This document shows positions 63,671-64,000 of a DNA stretch of 64,000 nt, piece by piece. Positions within the stretch are counted from its first letter, which is position 1, and each line of letters opens with the position of its first letter. The translations under genes and the position numbers were made by a program. Under the pieces are notes generated by a model. The model worked only from the letters and a program-made list of their open reading frames with translations. It ran no database searches and had not been told where the DNA came from. The stretch comes from Dendrobates tinctorius (lineage: Eukaryota). Location of the stretch: positions 620,001 through 684,000 of the forward strand of contig NW_027361774.1 of the NCBI RefSeq assembly GCF_039654945.1, read 5' to 3'.

Positions 63671-64000
63671 TACTATACTAGATGGTGGCCCGATTCTAAC
63701 GCATCGGGTATTCTAGAATATGTATGTAGTTTATTTATGAAGATTTAAGAATAATGCAATGAATGTTCGGGCGGTGTAGAAAATTGCTTTGGAAAGGCTT
63801 CTGGAATCGACTTTGGGATTGCCCCTTGCAGACCTGGGGGGCTGGACCCTCATCTGACCTTGTTTTCCCTGGGCACACCGCTGGTGAAGTTTCCCTCTCT
63901 GCCTGCTGCACGCGCCATCTTCTTCCTTTGTGGTGACGTCACCGCTACCCGATGTTCGGCCGGTGTGGAGATTTCCTTCTGAACAGTATCTGCGTCCTGC

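Larger units (their letters stand above)
41783..64000 (+). repeat. Tandem segmental triplication: 41783-51946, 51947-62479, 62480 to window end
   Basis: ORF track repeats at offsets 10164 and 10533; identical junctions at 51947 and 62480. Confidence 0.97.

Noticed and set aside
41783-64000. Triplication as a pure assembly artefact
   Set aside because: The three copies each carry private variants, a 425-bp indel and different (TA)n lengths, and there is a novel junction. Unlikely, but not excluded without reads.

Overview
Vertebrate, almost certainly anuran (frog), genomic DNA from a transposon-rich KRAB-type C2H2 zinc-finger gene cluster. The taxon is inferred from the XlCOF/XlCGF-like gene structure and the TE repertoire. 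The left end holds the first coding exon of a minus-strand ZNF gene that is an inverted paralog of the plus-strand locus at ~35.7-37.6 kb. Between them lie an internally deleted DIRS1 tyrosine-recombinase retrotransposon, an R4-clade LINE split by a deleted class I ERV, three long minisatellites, three Tc1 elements (one nearly intact), a degraded L1 with nested MITEs, and a 110-bp tandem array. From ~37.4 kb there is a truncated ZNF gene (A) interrupted by an L2 LINE. It is followed by a very recent ~10.2-10.5 kb tandem segmental triplication; the two complete copies each carry orphan KRAB exons plus a complete 6-exon, 16-finger gene (B, C), and the third runs off the window. Most notable observations: gene birth by apparently promoterless tandem duplication with phase-compatible exon modules, a putative spliceosomal intron in DIRS gag, a tandem double tRNA-Lys PBS in the ERV, a 2A-like peptide in L2 and a degenerate Penelope hammerhead. 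I see no convincing wholly new system; these are leads to test.
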